Translations under genes and position numbers: made by a program
Shown: one piece after another, positions 10,731 through 24,210 of the stretch
Position numbering within the stretch: the stretch's first letter is position 1
Layout of the letters: every line of letters starts with the position of its first letter
NCBI GenBank assembly: GCA_951406725.2
Contig: OX597833.1
Coordinates: forward strand, 41,912,001 to 41,976,000
Length of the DNA stretch: 64,000 nucleotides
Origin: Octopus vulgaris
Lineage: Eukaryota
Direction: 5' to 3'
The notes under the pieces: generated by a model
Database searches by the model: none
Told to the model about the DNA's origin: nothing
Seen by the model: the letters and a program-made list of their open reading frames with translations, nothing else

Positions 10731-12256
10731 TGAAACAAAAAAAAAATTAAATTCATCCTGTACACATAAAATGAGGAAGGCCTTGTGAACTCGTAGCATG
10801 TTAGCTTCTTTGAGTTTATTATCTACCTTCTGTTGTTGTGAGCAGTGATAACGTGACTTCACAGAAAGCTTGTAACTCTCCTTGGCAGCACCAAAAAACC
10901 CATATATTTTTGTATACAAAAGAGAGAGAGAGACACACACACCAAGGAGACAGGGAATATTATAGTTTGTTAACAAAGGAATGACTGACGTATACACAAA
11001 CACACACATACACTGCTGACAATAGCCATGTGCACCTGTAAAACTGTTTACAAACAATAGATCTGCCATAGGCATATAAAGGATCACATAAAACATCAAA
11101 ACCAGCATCCACACAAAGTACAAAGTAGAAGAACAATCTCTATAATCTAATGTAAAGAAGTATATTTGAAAGGGTCGGATACTGAAGTCTAAGTACAGAC
11201 AAACAATATATAAAAATTAGAACAACACCATTCGTGAGTTGTTGTTTAGCTTCATCTCAATTCTGAACAAAGAAATTCTAACTTTAAACATCCCTTGTTA
11301 TTTTCAGACAATGCACCCAAAACTACATTATCCAACTGTATCTTTTTTTATTATTTGCTTGATGTATTGTTTAATAGCAATGTTTGGGAGCAATGATTAC
11401 AAACATCTGTAGGTGTAACGTTCAAGATTAATGCTATCCCCTGCAGATGTTTGACTAAAATAAGGAATAGTGACTAAAACCTTTGGCAGTTTGCTGTGCT
11501 TGAGAAGACATGCCAAGCTGAGTGAAATCATAGTTGAGGCCAGTGCTGGTGACATGTAAAAAGCACCCTGTACACTCTGTGGAGTGATGGGTATCCTGCT
11601 GTAGAAATCAACCCAAAACAGACTGGAGCCTGGTGTAGATCTCTGGCTTACTAGTCCCATTCAAAGTGTCTTACCAATGCTAGCATGGAAAACAGATATT
11701 AAGTGATGATAATGAAGGTAAATAAATACCTTGGAGATTTGAAGAACTAAACTTAGGGTAACTAACATTTTTGAAGAAGGGTTTAGAAATGAGGTAAAGA
11801 AAAAAGGGATTTCTTATCCCACTTTGTTATCAAACCCGCCTCCATCAATACCTTGAGATTTGGAATTAATCCTTTAGCATTCACATTATTCTATGAAAGA
11901 TAATGCCCATTTATTCACAATTAGTCATGCATTATCTCATAGCTTTGAGATTTTGATGAGATAACTTAATTTTTTGAATGTTGTTGGTAAGAGTCCAGAT
12001 TTGATTAGTTTGAACATAAAACAGGTAGAATATTTTGGCTGGATATAGCCAGTTTTAATGCTAAAAGGTTAAAGAACATTAGAATATACTAACCAAGAGA
12101 ATAAACAACAAAGTCCAAATATGCAGGAGTGTGGACACTGCAGCTACATGACACTATGTAATGTTATTGGTACTGATTGAATATCATCATCACAGATCAG
12201 ATTATGTTCCAGCCATGACTGTCAAATCTTATTTTAGTACATCTAGAATTATACAT

Positions 12257-12527
12257 GTGAAGGCAAGTGGCTTAGTGGTTAGGCTGTTGCACTAACGATC
12301 ACCAGATCATGGGTTTGATTCCCTGACAGGGCAGTACATTGTGTTCTTGAGCAAAACACTTTGTTTTATATTTTTCCAGTCCCCTTCGATTGAACGGAGG
12401 CGGGGGATGTTGGCCAGCTTGCCTAGCCAGCAGGGTGGCATTATTTGAAGGTTAAAACAATGCAAAAGTGCACTGTGACCAGCGATGTGTAACAACATCA
12501 CAGCCTGGTCAGTCATGTGATCATGTG
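12257..12527 (+). mobile_element. SINE family C (tRNA-derived head GTGAAGGC..TGGCTTAGTGGTTAG)
   Basis: A-box TGGCTTAGTGG and B-box-like GGTTTGATTCC. Related to 31685-31991, 14179-14505, 30787-31055 and 62095-62290. Confidence 0.8.
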
Positions 12528-12789
12528 AGAATTACATAATCTAATGTGGTTCTCTTTTCTGTAAAGCTGAGCTTAAGCAACAACCACCCACATAGCCACC
12601 CAATAATGAAACTATTACATGTGGTTTCACTTTTAGCCCCCACCTTCATGGCCTCTCCTTTAGAAATTCTTCACACATAACATTATTGCTTCCTCATTAC
12701 ACTGCATGTACTGAGACTCTTTCAAAAACCTTTTCTACGCCAATAAATCCAAAAGACAATTCTTTATCAAATACTTCCATTGCTGCAGC

Positions 12790-13430
12790 CTCACAAGAAA
12801 TATAGATTGTATGAGGCTTGTGTGTTAACAGCCATGCTACATGGCAGTGAAACATGGACTGTGACTGCAGAGGACATGCGAAGACTTGAAAGAAATGAAG
12901 CTAGTATGCTTCACTAGATGTGCAATGTCATTGTGCATGTATGACGGGAGAAAAATAGGGTTTAATAGGCATCAGACAGAAGAGCGAAAACTACACTGGT
13001 ATGGTCATGTGATGTGTACGGATAGGGACAGTTGCATAAAGAAGTGCTGGCCTCTAACTGTGGAGAGAACCCGCGGAAGTGGCAGACCCAGGACGACATG
13101 GGACAAGGGGGTGAAGTATGATCTTCAGTATGATCATCACGGAGGTGATAACTAGTGATTGAGTTCGTTAACAATTTACTGCGCTTGAGAAGCTGCATCA
13201 AGCTAAGTAACATCATAGTTGTGGCCAGTGATGGTGACATGTAAAAGGCACCCAGTACATTTTGTGGAGTAGCTGGCATAAAGAAAGGCATTGAGCTGTA
13301 GAAACTAACCCAAAACAGACTGGAGCCTAGTGCCTGGTGCAGCTCTCCAGATTACCAGCCTCAGACAAACTGTCTTACTCATGCAGGCATGGAAAATGGA
13401 TGCTAAATGATTATGATGTTGATGATGATT
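12790..13430 (+). mobile_element. RTE LINE 3' end (RT C-terminus + 3' UTR + GAT tail)
   Basis: RLYEACVLTAMLHGSETWTVTAEDMRRLERNEASML*MCNV...ERKLHWYGHVM...GRPRTTW, then the GAT-tailed UTR found throughout the window. Confidence 0.9.
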
Positions 13431-13657
13431 CTATGGCTAATTAAATCTAAACTGCATTCCATCAGTCTGAACTAATCTGCTAGCTTTATTGTAATTCTTT
13501 CTACTCCCTTCATTTTTAAAAATACTTTTTCATATGTAATAGTACACTACTAGTACAGATATTAATAGTATTGCTACACGAGTGATGGAGTGGAAAGCAG
13601 TGGTAATTAATGACGTGTACTTTTAATTAGAAAATAGGTTACATATGTTGTCTTTAC

Positions 13658-13764
13658 CTAGTCTGATGTTTTCGGAATTCCTTACTTCTCTCCAATACTT
13701 TGAGTCCTTCAGTTCCAACTCCCATCATAATGTCTCTAGTGATTTAACTTCCCTGCTCAAAGCA
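13658..13764 (-). CDS. Candidate exon carrying a possible start codon (MMGVGTEGLKVLERSKEFRKHQT, ATG at 13728)
   Basis: tagtttctatag| acceptor and TAG|GTAAAG donor, in unique sequence. Ends in phase 2, compatible with 6398-6449. No recognised homologue. Confidence 0.3.
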
Positions 13765-13799
13765 CTATAGAAACTAATCTTAACTGGTTTGATATATCT

Positions 13800-14150
13800 C
13801 TTAGTTGTTTCAGTCACTGAACTGTGGCCATGCTGGGGCACCACCTTGAAGGGTTTAAGTTAAACAAATTGACCCTAGGACCTATTTGCTTTTCAAAACT
13901 GGTATTTATTCTGTCGTATCTCTATTGCTGAACTGCTAAGTTACAGGAACATAAACAAATTAACACTGGTTGTCAAGTAGTAGGGGAGAGACAAACAAAG
14001 AGGCACACACACACACACACATACATATATAAACACGACAGGCTTCCAGTTTCCATCTACCAAATTCACTCACTAGGCATTGGTCAGCCTGGGGCTATAG
14101 TAGAAGACATTTGTCCAAGGTGCAATGCGATGGGACTGAACCTGAAACCA
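13800..14150 (-). mobile_element. SINE family B
   Basis: Family B motifs on the reverse strand. Confidence 0.8.
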
Positions 14151-14178
14151 CAGCAATGTGTGTGTGTATGTGTGTGTT

Positions 14179-14505
14179 GTGAAGGCATATGGCTCAGTGG
14201 TTAGAGCGTCGAGCTTATGATCGTGAGGTTGTGAGTTCAAATCCCGGACCTGGCTGCATGTTGTGTTCTTAAGCAAGACACTTTATTTCATGTTGCTCCT
14301 GTTCACTCAGCTGTAGAAATGAGTTGCGATGTCACAGGTGCCAAGCTGTATCGGCCTTTGCATTTCCATTGGTTAAATGGAGAGGGGAGGCTGGTATGCA
14401 TGGGCAACTGCTGGTCTTCCATAAACAGTCTTGCCCAGACTTGTACCTGGGAGGGTAACTTTCTAGGTGCAATCCCATGGTCAGTCATGACCGAAGGGGG
14501 TCTCA
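14179..14505 (+). mobile_element. SINE family C-type tRNA-derived SINE
   Basis: GTGAAGGCATATGGCTCAGTGGTTAGAGCG...GAGTTCAAATCCC head followed by a non-tRNA body. Confidence 0.8.
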
Positions 14506-14535
14506 GCAGTGTGTGTGTGTCTGTGTGTGTACATA

Positions 14536-14725
14536 CAAGGGGGTGTGGAAAAGTTCCTGGATATTAAGGATATTGTGAAAAGCCTGGTTAGAAGCAAAAC
14601 CTTCCAAGGCTTAGAAAAACCAAAGGACTGTGAATCTGAGAGGGGAATATGTTCTATAAAATCATAATTAACTGAATCCCCCTGGAACTTTTCAGCAAAG
14701 CCAGGAACTTTTCAGCACCTCCTTG
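14536..14725. mobile_element. mariner-type MITE
   Basis: TA|CAAGGGGGTGTGGAAAAGTTCCTGG ... CCAGGAACTTTTCAGCACCTCCTTG inverted termini. Confidence 0.7.
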
Positions 14726-15539
14726 TCCTCTTGTGTGTATGTGTGGCTTGTGGGTGTATATATATCATCATAATAATTTTTTAATGTCCATTTTCCATGC
14801 TGGCATGGGTTGGACGGTTTGACAGAAACTAACCAGCTGAATGGATGTTCAGGCTTGATGTCTCTTATGGCATTGTTTCTACACATGGCTACCCTTCCTA
14901 ACATGATATATGTATACATATCAAATTCTACTTACGACACAGTGCTTAACCTGCTATAAATAGTATAGGATATACAGTGGGAGTGAACCCAAACTATGTG
15001 ACCCCAAGGGAAATCTTTTAACCATACAAACATGCTTGCAGCTAAAGCCATGCCTTCTCTCATAGATATTGTGGTATTACTGTTTCTTTTTATGTGAAGT
15101 TATATATAAAAACAATTTGACATAAAACTGAAGGATTAATCTACATTTTAGTAGAGTACATGTTTATCAATTTTTTACAAGGAATAAGTTGATAGTGACT
15201 TTGAAGTTTCAGCTTGCTAGGCATCATTGGTCAGTGTGTGTGTGTCTGAGTGCATGGTAAAAATAATTATATTTTTCTTTTCATTTTTTTCTCTTTTACA
15301 TAACTTGACTTTGTAAACGAATGATCTTGTTTATTTTAATGGCCTACCAATGTATACAGCCCTAGATGTTAGGAAGACACTTGGTAAAAAATGCAAACAA
15401 AACTGAAAGAAGAAAAACTCATCATCAACAACAACGATTTCCAATTTTAGAACAAGGCCAGCAACTTTGGGGGAGGGGTAAGTCAATCACATCAGCCCAA
15501 GTGTCCAACTGGTACTTATTCTATCAATCCCCAAAAGAC

Positions 15540-17560
15540 TGTTGTATAGTGAAACTGTATACCCCTCCTGGTAAAAAGTGGTAGTAGCCAGCCATTATAA
15601 ACAAATCTATAGCTGGTCGACAGGGATGATCAGGAAGGTCGAAAGTATGTGTAGACTGTGTTGATAGTCATGTCTGTGCTGATATAGTAATTATACTATG
15701 GTATTGAGTGGACGTTATAACTACCCAACTTGTTGAGGATAATAACACTGTACAACTGGGGGGCCAAACAGTGCCAGATAGAGACATTCTGTCCATGATT
15801 TTGGAAGATGACAATATCTGTCAGAGCGACAACCGTCATCAAAGGATAGATACAACAGTGGCAAAAGGCCACTTTACAACAATAGCGATGAGGAAAAACA
15901 AATTTATGCAAAGTGAAAAAAGGAAAACACTTACATGGAAAATTAGATACCTCGACAAAAAAGAAACGAAAGTCTTGTGCAAACTTGCGAAAATCATACA
16001 CCCACTACACTCACAGAGTGGTTGTCGTTAGGAAGGGCATCCAGCAGTAGAAACTCTGCCAAATCAAGATTGGAGACTGGTTCAACCATCTGGTTCGCCA
16101 GCCCTCAGTCAAAATTGTCCAACCCATGCTAGCATGGAAAGTGGACGTTAAACGATGATGATGATGATGATGGAAGCTGGGATAAAATATTGTTAGCTGG
16201 GATAGTTGAGTTGCAAAAACAGCAACATCTTAAGGAATGAGAACAGCAACAAGGATTGCAGTAGCAAATGTTTCACCTAATGAAGTCGGTAACCAAACCA
16301 GAGAACACATTTTCACCTGACCATGTAGCAAATTCCATATGTGAATTCAAATATGATTCCAAAGAAGGAGTAACCTTCGAGGCTTACTTTTGAAGATTTC
16401 AACAAATTTTTGAAAAAGAATGTCAGGATTGGACAGATGAAATGAAAACACGTTTAGTGTTAAGAAAACTAGTGACAGCAGAGCATGAGAAGTATAGTAA
16501 CTTCATATTACCAAAAAAAAGTTCGCAATAAATTTCACTGACTCAGTAGACATTCTCTGCAAAATGTTTAGTGAAAAGAGCTCACTGTTTAATACTAGAT
16601 GGAAATGTTTAAACAAAGAAAAAAGCAAAGATGAAAACTTGACTACTTACAGAGGCAGAGTCAACAAAGAATGAGAGAGATTTAGGCTGGATATGCTTAC
16701 TCTAGATTCTTTCAAGTGTTTGATTTTTTTGCACAAGGATTGTCAGATAGAAGGGATGCAGAAGTCCGAACGGATATGCTATCAAAACTGGAAATGAACC
16801 AGGATTTGAAATTGCAGAAACTGTCGGAAGAGTGTGACAGGATATTAAAATTAAGGCATGACACGGAAGAAATTCAATGGAAACAGTGTTTCCACGTAAG
16901 ACCAGTGCAAAAAAGTTGGAAGACAAATAAGGTGTTGCGGGAAAAACAGAAAAAATATCAGGATGTCGACCCATGTATGGCATGTACCTGAAAAAAGATT
17001 GTCTATATAAAAAAAAAGCAAAGTTTTTTTGCTGAGGATTTACAGGACATATAAAATCACACAGCAAAACTAGAAAAAGAAAATGGAACAAACAAGAAAA
17101 AATAAATAGTTTATCAGTAGAAAAAGTTGTGACTACAACAAACAGAAAATTTGCGAATGTGAAAATATAGTATCAAAATGCAATTAGACATGAGAAGTGA
17201 TATCACAATCATAAATAAGAAAACATGGCAATAAAATAGCGAACAGTGTTATGGGAAGAAAATTATATTTCACGGGTGAATGTGTTTGTAATATAAAGCT
17301 CAAAGGTTGAACTAAAATGGTGAATGTTTATGTGCTGAAAATATCCATGAATTTATTTGTCATCAAATGTATGGAGAAATTTAATTCATGGGATACACTC
17401 ATAAGTGCTTTGTGCAACAGTGTAAATGGAGCAGTCAAACAATCAAACGAGGTTGATGAACTAAAACAAAAAAAAAAAAAAAAGTGATGTGGAACAGTGC
17501 ATGAACTACCAGTAACTTTGGAAGAAATAGAAAGAAATGTGAGAAATAACAAATTTACAA
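15540..17560 (+). mobile_element. Ty3/Gypsy LTR retrotransposon remnant (gag, zinc knuckle, protease), with an RTE-tail insertion at ~16000-16170
   Basis: Frameshifted TFEAYF.RF...WTDEMKTRLVLRKL..EHEKYSNFILPK, FSEKSSLFNTRWKCLN, FKCLIF.QGLSDRRDAEVRT..LSKLE, and protease-like MQLDMRSDITI. Many stops. The 5' boundary is uncertain. Confidence 0.8.
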
Positions 17561-18735
17561 CAAGGACGAAAGGTAAAGCTGACCTTGACGAATTTTGAAC
17601 TCAGAAAGTAAAGATGGTTGAAATGCTGATAAGCATTTTGCCTGGCGTGCTAATGATTCTGCCAGCTTGCCACCTTAATAATGATACTAATAATAATAAC
17701 AAACCTTTCTACTATAGGCACAAGGTCGGAAATTTTGTGGTAAGGGGCACAAGTCAATTACATCAACCCCCAGTACTTGACTGGTACTTATTTTATTGAC
17801 CCTCAAAGGATGAAAGGTAAAATTGACCTCAGCAAGATTTGAACTCAGAACATAGAGCAGGATGAAATATCACTAAGCATTTTGTCTGATGTACTGACAG
17901 TTCTGCCAGCTACCACTTTAGCTTGCCACCTTGATAATGATAATATGGGCCACAGCAAATATTCTGCTCAACACCACAGTTGTTTGATCTTAACCAGTTG
18001 AGCATGTTCCTTAGTGGCTGATGATAAGTGTATCTCTGATCACAAGCAGTAGTGGGGAAGAATCATAGCCATGTATTGAGAGGGATTCTTTGGAGTTTGA
18101 ATAATTCACCCCTGAAAACATGGGTATTTCAATCATTATCCTTAAACAGCCCTTATTTAGAGATACTTGAGCAAGATGGGCTACTTGACCTGAGAAAAAT
18201 TCTAACTGGGCCCCACCTACAAGGCCCTTGATATGAGGTCAACATATAATGCACAAATGGTTGTAATGTGTGTGCCTGGTGTACTCTTTATCAGAAAGAT
18301 AAATGTGATAGGTATATTGGGCATTGAATATTTGTACCTCTGCATCCCTTAGATGGCATGTGCTGCTCTCACTCAATAACAATAACAACAATAATAATGG
18401 TTTCAAATTTTAGCACAAGGTCAGCAATTTCAGCAGAGGTGCTCAACTGGTAGTTATTTTATCAACCGCAAAAGGATGAAAGGCAAAGTCGACTTTGGTG
18501 GAATAATAATGATAATAATCCTTTCAACTGTAGGCAGAAGGTCTGAAATTTTGTGGGAATGGTTAAGTTGATTACATTGACCCAATACTCAAATGGTACT
18601 TATTTTATCCATACCGAAAGAATGAAAGGCAAAGTCGACCTCGGCAGCATTAAAACTCAGAATGTGAAGATGAATGAAATACTACTAAGCATTTTGCCTA
18701 GCGCGCTAATGATTCTGCTGGTTTGCCGCCTAATA
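17560..18735 (-). mobile_element. Cluster of SINE family A copies plus an unassigned AAT-tailed repeat (17940-18395)
   Basis: Four AGGATGAAAGG(C/T)AAAG..GACCT-type family A centres with (AAT)n linkers. Confidence 0.75.
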
Positions 18736-19129
18736 ATCATGGAGCACATAGGGACACAAAAGAACATGGGGAAGAACAGGAAAAACATAGATATGGACAT
18801 GTTCAATTGCTCATCAGTTATTAACCAAATTTCATCACAATTCTGACAACTACAATAATATTGTTTGATTTGGTGGTGTCAGCAACATAAGCTGCTGGGA
18901 TATAAATGAACAGACATGAAAGATGAACACAAACAGAAAAAAATGGGACTAGTACAATAACAAAGTTTCTAGACTGACTGGTAAATAATGATGAATTATG
19001 GGGAGAAAGGGAACAAAGGACCAAGATACCTGGTGCTTAGCTGTACACAGGAAGACCCGTTCACAAACAGCCTAAGTGTTAAGGCCACATCCCCTGGTGA
19101 AGTGAATTGGCCTGCAAGAGTCCTGTAGT

Positions 19130-19600
19130 AGTCCCATGTAAAAAACACTTGTGCTGGTGCCATGTGCAGGTGCTTGTGCCATTGGCACATTAAAAGCATC
19201 CAGCACACACTGTAAAGTGGTTGGCATTAGGATGTCTAAGGCAGTGAGCTGGCAGAAACGTTAGCGCGCTGGGCAAAATGCTTAGCGGTATTTCATCTGC
19301 CGCTATGTTCTGAGTTCAACTTCTGCCAAGGTCGATTTTGCCTTTCATCCTTTTGGGGTTGATTAAATAAGTACCAGTTATGCACTGGGGTCAATATAAT
19401 CGACATAATCCATTTGTCTGTCCTTGTTTGTCCCCTCTGTGTGTAGCTCCTTGTGGACAGTAAAGAAATAAGAGTGTCTGTCCATAGAACCAAACCAAAT
19501 CAGAATGGAACCCGGTGTTGTTCTTCAGTTTGCCAGCTCCAGTCAAACTGTCCAACCTATGCCAGCATGGAAAAGAGATGTTAAAGACTGATGATGAAAA
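19130..19600 (+). mobile_element. RTE 3' UTR copy interrupted by SINE family A (19238-19470)
   Basis: The RTE-tail sequence is split at TTGGCATTAGGA|...|CATAGAACC by a complete family A SINE. Confidence 0.75.
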
Positions 19601-20553
19601 GAAACAAAAAGGCAATAACAGTAATGGAAAAATTAATAAATAACTCAGAGAGACAATCATATACAAAGACTATCTTGCAACCATGTGACAAAAGTAAGAT
19701 GTGCTTGTGTGAAGTAATGCTAATAGGAAAGATGATGGTCCTTTTACACTTAGAAAATTATATAAATGATAATTCAAAAAATGGAATAAGCAGAATAAGA
19801 GGAAACATGTGGAGTAGAGAGTCACTGAAGAGGACCAAGAATGTGTGACATAAGAACTTTTACAAAGAATCTAAAGTAATAAAAATAAAGCTGAGGTGAA
19901 GACCAAATATAAAGTGCATGTGTTTAATTTGCAAGATATGACCATTTCCAAGTATAACAATAATTTTAAAATATTTCTTAAAAGTAGCACATACCAGGAA
20001 CTGAAATTAAATTAAATTTCTTAGACAAATCAGGAGCTAGAAAAAGAGCATTGACTACAAGAATGGCCAGTGCAAAAGGATGGGTGGTTTGAAGTAGGAG
20101 TGGAGAGAACGAAAGGGCACTAGTGCTGAAAGTGGAAGAGGAGTGGCCGTATGTGTAGATAGGGATAGAATTATAGAAAGGAAAACTAAATAGGGAAAAA
20201 GACAGGAAACAAGAAAGAAGGATATGCAGATAGAGAAAAAGAGAGATAATTAAGTGAAAATGATAGACAGAGAGAGAGAGAGAGAGAGAAAGAAAAAGAG
20301 AGAGAGAAAGAAAAAGAGAGAGAGAAAGAAAAAGAGAGAGAGAGAGAGCAATAGCAAGCTAAGTATAAGGAAGAAAAGATAGATTTCTTTACTGGCCACA
20401 CAGGGCTGAACACAGAAGGGACGAAATACAAAGTAGAGCTTTTCTTTTTGGGAAGAAGAGAAGGAAAAAAAAAGGGGGTCGAATTCCGATCAAAAGGGAT
20501 CATCGTGGAAAGGGGAAAAAAAAAGATAGATTGATAAGTATATACATAATATA

Positions 20554-20661
20554 CAGGGAGGGCCAAAAGTCATGAAAAGGTATGAAATTTTGATAAACTT
20601 TTTAATGATTTTTTTTTTTTATTAAGATGTGATTTTTCCCACCTAGCTTGCAACTATTTCC

Positions 20662-20702
<41 letters not shown>

Positions 20703-21005
20703 TTTGTAAATTTAAAACAAAAAATAAAGAACTTATTAAATATTGTTTTCAAATTTTGGCACAAGACCAGCAATTTTGAGGGAAAGGGTAAGTTGATTGC
20801 ATTGACTTCAGTGTTTATCTGGTACTTATTTTACTGACCCTGAAAGGATGAAAGGCAAAGTTGACCTTGGCAAAATTTGAACTCAGAACACAAAGACAGA
20901 TAAAATGCTGCTAAGCATTTTGCTCATCATGCTAATGGTTCTACCAGCTTGCTGCCTTGAGCTTATTAAATATTGAAACACCTTTGTGACTTTTGGCCCA
21001 TCCTG
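20554..21005. mobile_element. Tc1/mariner-type MITE containing a nested SINE A (20746-20961)
   Basis: TIRs CAGGGAGGGCCAAAAGTCA / TGACTTTTGGCCCATCCTG. The SINE is flanked by a 14-bp TSD CTTATTAAATATTG (20732-20745, 20962-20975). Confidence 0.8.
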
Positions 21006-21039
21006 AATATGTATGTGTCTGTGTGTGTGTATATATATA

Positions 21040-21230
21040 TATATAAATTAGAAAAAAATCACCTTTTATCAATTCAAAATGAAAAATTAAATTACACCAT
21101 CTAGAAAATTACATATAATAGAAATATTAAATATAAGATAAAAATAATATACCGATGATTAAGTAATATTTCTATTATATGTAATTTAATTTTTAATTGA
21201 TAAAAGGTGGTTTTCTAATTTATATATATA
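21040..21230. repeat. AT-rich foldback element between (TA)n tracts
   Basis: TATAAATTAGAAAA...CACCTTTTATCAATT mirrored by AATTGATAAAAGGTG...TTTTCTAATTTATA. Confidence 0.8.
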
Positions 21231-21313
21231 TCATATTTCGTGAAATTTGATTTAGTATTTCTAAATTGAATTTTTTCCTGTAAGTTAGGAATAATATTCC
21301 CTCAAATTATTAT

Positions 21314-21353
<40 letters not shown>

Positions 21354-21463
21354 ATGCATATGCCCCCACATCCTCCTTCTTCCCTTCTTTCCTGAGCGTC
21401 CAATAATACTTTATTTGTTCCACATCCTTGCGTTGTTGTCTTTTTGTTTTCTTGTTTGGATTA

Positions 21464-21516
<53 letters not shown>

Positions 21517-22459
21517 ACATATGCCCCCGCATCCATACATACACGGATACATATCTGAGAAGGATATAGATGTAAAAAAAAAAGGAAAAAGAAAATGAAT
21601 TCCACTGAGTTACAAGTGCTCCCTTGTGCATTCTTACCATCAGAGACAGAGTGAATCAGTAAATGGTATGTTTAGCAATAGAAAGTCCATGAGTACTGCT
21701 CCCTTTGACTAAAACTGAAAATTAATCTGAACACATCTGCTACCACTCTATGTCAAAGTGATATCCTCCTCCTCACTAGGAACTGATTCTGTGATAGTTT
21801 TTGTCGCGATACATTTGTTTGCTTCTCTACTCGGATAAAAGACATTTAGCTGCTACACATGTGGCTTATTGGTTGGCTGACCTAAACTTAATATGATATA
21901 AGAGCAATGACCTTAATATACTCATTGTAATACCTTAACAACCAACTCATCAAATATCATAAGTGTCAAGTCAACAAGGGAGCGTATATGTGGTTGCTCA
22001 ACCTGTTAGAAACAGCAGCCAAATCTCCTTCATATTACACAGGAGCATCATGAAAAGAAAAAAGAGAAAACTTTGGACAATGTTGTCCTGGATACACAAA
22101 AAGACAGGATGGCCACATCTAGAACGTCTCTGATCAGTGGTCTACATCAGTGCTTATCTAAGACTAAACTACAACAAGGATCATTAAAGTATTCTGTTAC
22201 ATGTTTTCTTTAAGCTGGTTTCATAGAATTGATCTTTTTGATGATCAAATCTTACATGTAAGAAATATGTTAACACTTATGGTAATGGCTATATTGCTAA
22301 CTTGATTTCTGCTCTTTATGAACTGGCTGAGTTTGTGTCACCCCTACTCAGAAATTCCTGACCCTCTCATCTTTCATCATCTCTTTATCTATAATGTGTC
22401 CACTTCACCACAATGTGTCACACTAATCACTACATCCAGTCATTCCTTTCCAGAACATT

Positions 22460-22700
22460 GACTTGACTTGACTTGACAGCATTCACCCGGGGTGGGTTGA
22501 GCTGGCTTCATTCATCCTCAATGCTGCATCTCTCACAAACGCCGACCAGGCCTGGCAATTTGAGGCTAACGACCGCGTGATCTCCAACCACTCCTTATTC
22601 CAGCGGCGAACGTCATAGATATAGGGGCCAAGGTTGGGTTCCAGATCAGCCTTGACTGATTCCAGTCAGAACATTGCCACCACCCTTGGAATTCCCTCCT
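22460..22700 (-). mobile_element. RTE-clade LINE 3' end with (CAAGT)n tail
   Basis: Minus strand reads SVKADLEPNLGPYIYDVRRWNKEWLEITRSLASNCQAWSAFVRDAALRMNEASSTHPG*, then CAAGT repeats. Confidence 0.75.
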
Positions 22701-23607
22701 CCATTCAGGTTTTTCTTGTAGGTGTTGATTTGCAAACGGTCAAGAGAAGCATTAATTCAGTTTCATCAGACTAGAAGGGCTTACAAAGGATATAGGCACT
22801 GCTCCTTCAAGTGAAGTGGATAAATGAACAAACAACCTAGTTACCTAAGCATTCATCCATAATTCAGTCTATTGTAGAATGGTGGGGTTAGAATAGACCC
22901 TTGCTGTTAGTTCTTCTGGCATAACTCAAACACACTGAACAACTTGAACTGTTCGCTCTGAGCTGACAAAACACATTTTATGTTTTATAGTTTAGACTGT
23001 TTACAACTCTGAAATAGTCTAGCCAGAGTCAATGAGTGTTAAATCTAAACACCCAACCAAAAGAAGGCAATTCAACCGATTAGCAAAGATTCAATTATCA
23101 AGATGCTGCCAATCACTGGTTCACAGATGATTTCTATTTTATATACTGCTACTAAAAGATCCTCCGCTTAACTAGATACATACCTTTTCTACTCACCTCT
23201 TCTTTTCCTATCCCCTTTACTGTTGCTCATCATCTGGTCACTACACTACAAAATTCACTTTATTCTTCCCTCATAAAACTACACCACACTGGAATTCCCT
23301 CCTCGCCTATGTTATTTCAACAGACACTGACCTAAAAACTGAACACCAGTTTCATCACTCTTGCTAGTCAGAGAGAACCCATAAAGGTAAAAAATCATGG
23401 CCATTGGCTCTCTTCCTCTGACTAACATATAACAACCCCAAGTCACTGAAGACCTAAAAAAGGTCAAAGGTTATGACCATTTATTCTCTTCCACTAACAT
23501 TAAGTACATTACTTTAACTAATCAGGGAAGGCCTGAAAAAGTCATGAGCCTTATTCCTACTCGCCAAGCTTATATAATATATATATATACATATATATTA
23601 TGAGTTC

Positions 23608-23834
23608 TTTCTTTTATTTGTTTCAGTCATTTGACTGCAGTCATGCTGGAGCACCGCCTTTAGTCAAGCAAATTGACCCCAGGACTTATTCTTTGTAAGC
23701 CTAGTATTTATTCTATTGGTCTCTCTTGCCAAACCGCTAAGTGACGAGAACCTAAACACACCAGCATCGGTTGTCAAGCGATTTGGGGGGGGGGACACAA
23801 ACATATACATACACACACACACACACACACACAA

Positions 23835-23878
<44 letters not shown>

Positions 23879-24030
23879 GACGGGCTTCTTTCAGTTTCCG
23901 TCTACCAAATTCACTCACAAGACTTTAGTTGGCCCAAGGCTATGGTAGAAGACACTTGCCTAAGGTGCCATGCAGTGGGACTGAACCCGGAACCATGTGG
24001 TTGGTAAGCAAGCTACTTACCACACAGCCA
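23608..24030 (-). mobile_element. SINE family B, young copy
   Basis: Near-consensus copy with internal (CA)/(TA) tract. Confidence 0.9.
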
Positions 24031-24210
24031 CATGGACCTAGTAGTTTACCGGTAAAGCACATTCACTTTCTCAATGTTCATTGGCTATTTGATTAATGTG
24101 AAAGACAGAAGATACGAGAATGTTTATTGATCACTACACTTGTTTCAACTCATCAAGTATTGATTCCTCATAGGTGGGATACTGAACATCTGGTTTAGCC
24201 TCAGAAGGAA

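Noticed and set aside
10278-11123. ORFs of 106-215 aa including a hydrophobic N-terminus
   Set aside because: Their length comes from the stop-free (CA)/(TA) tract. The unique part has no recognisable domain or convincing splice pair, though an exon here cannot be fully excluded.
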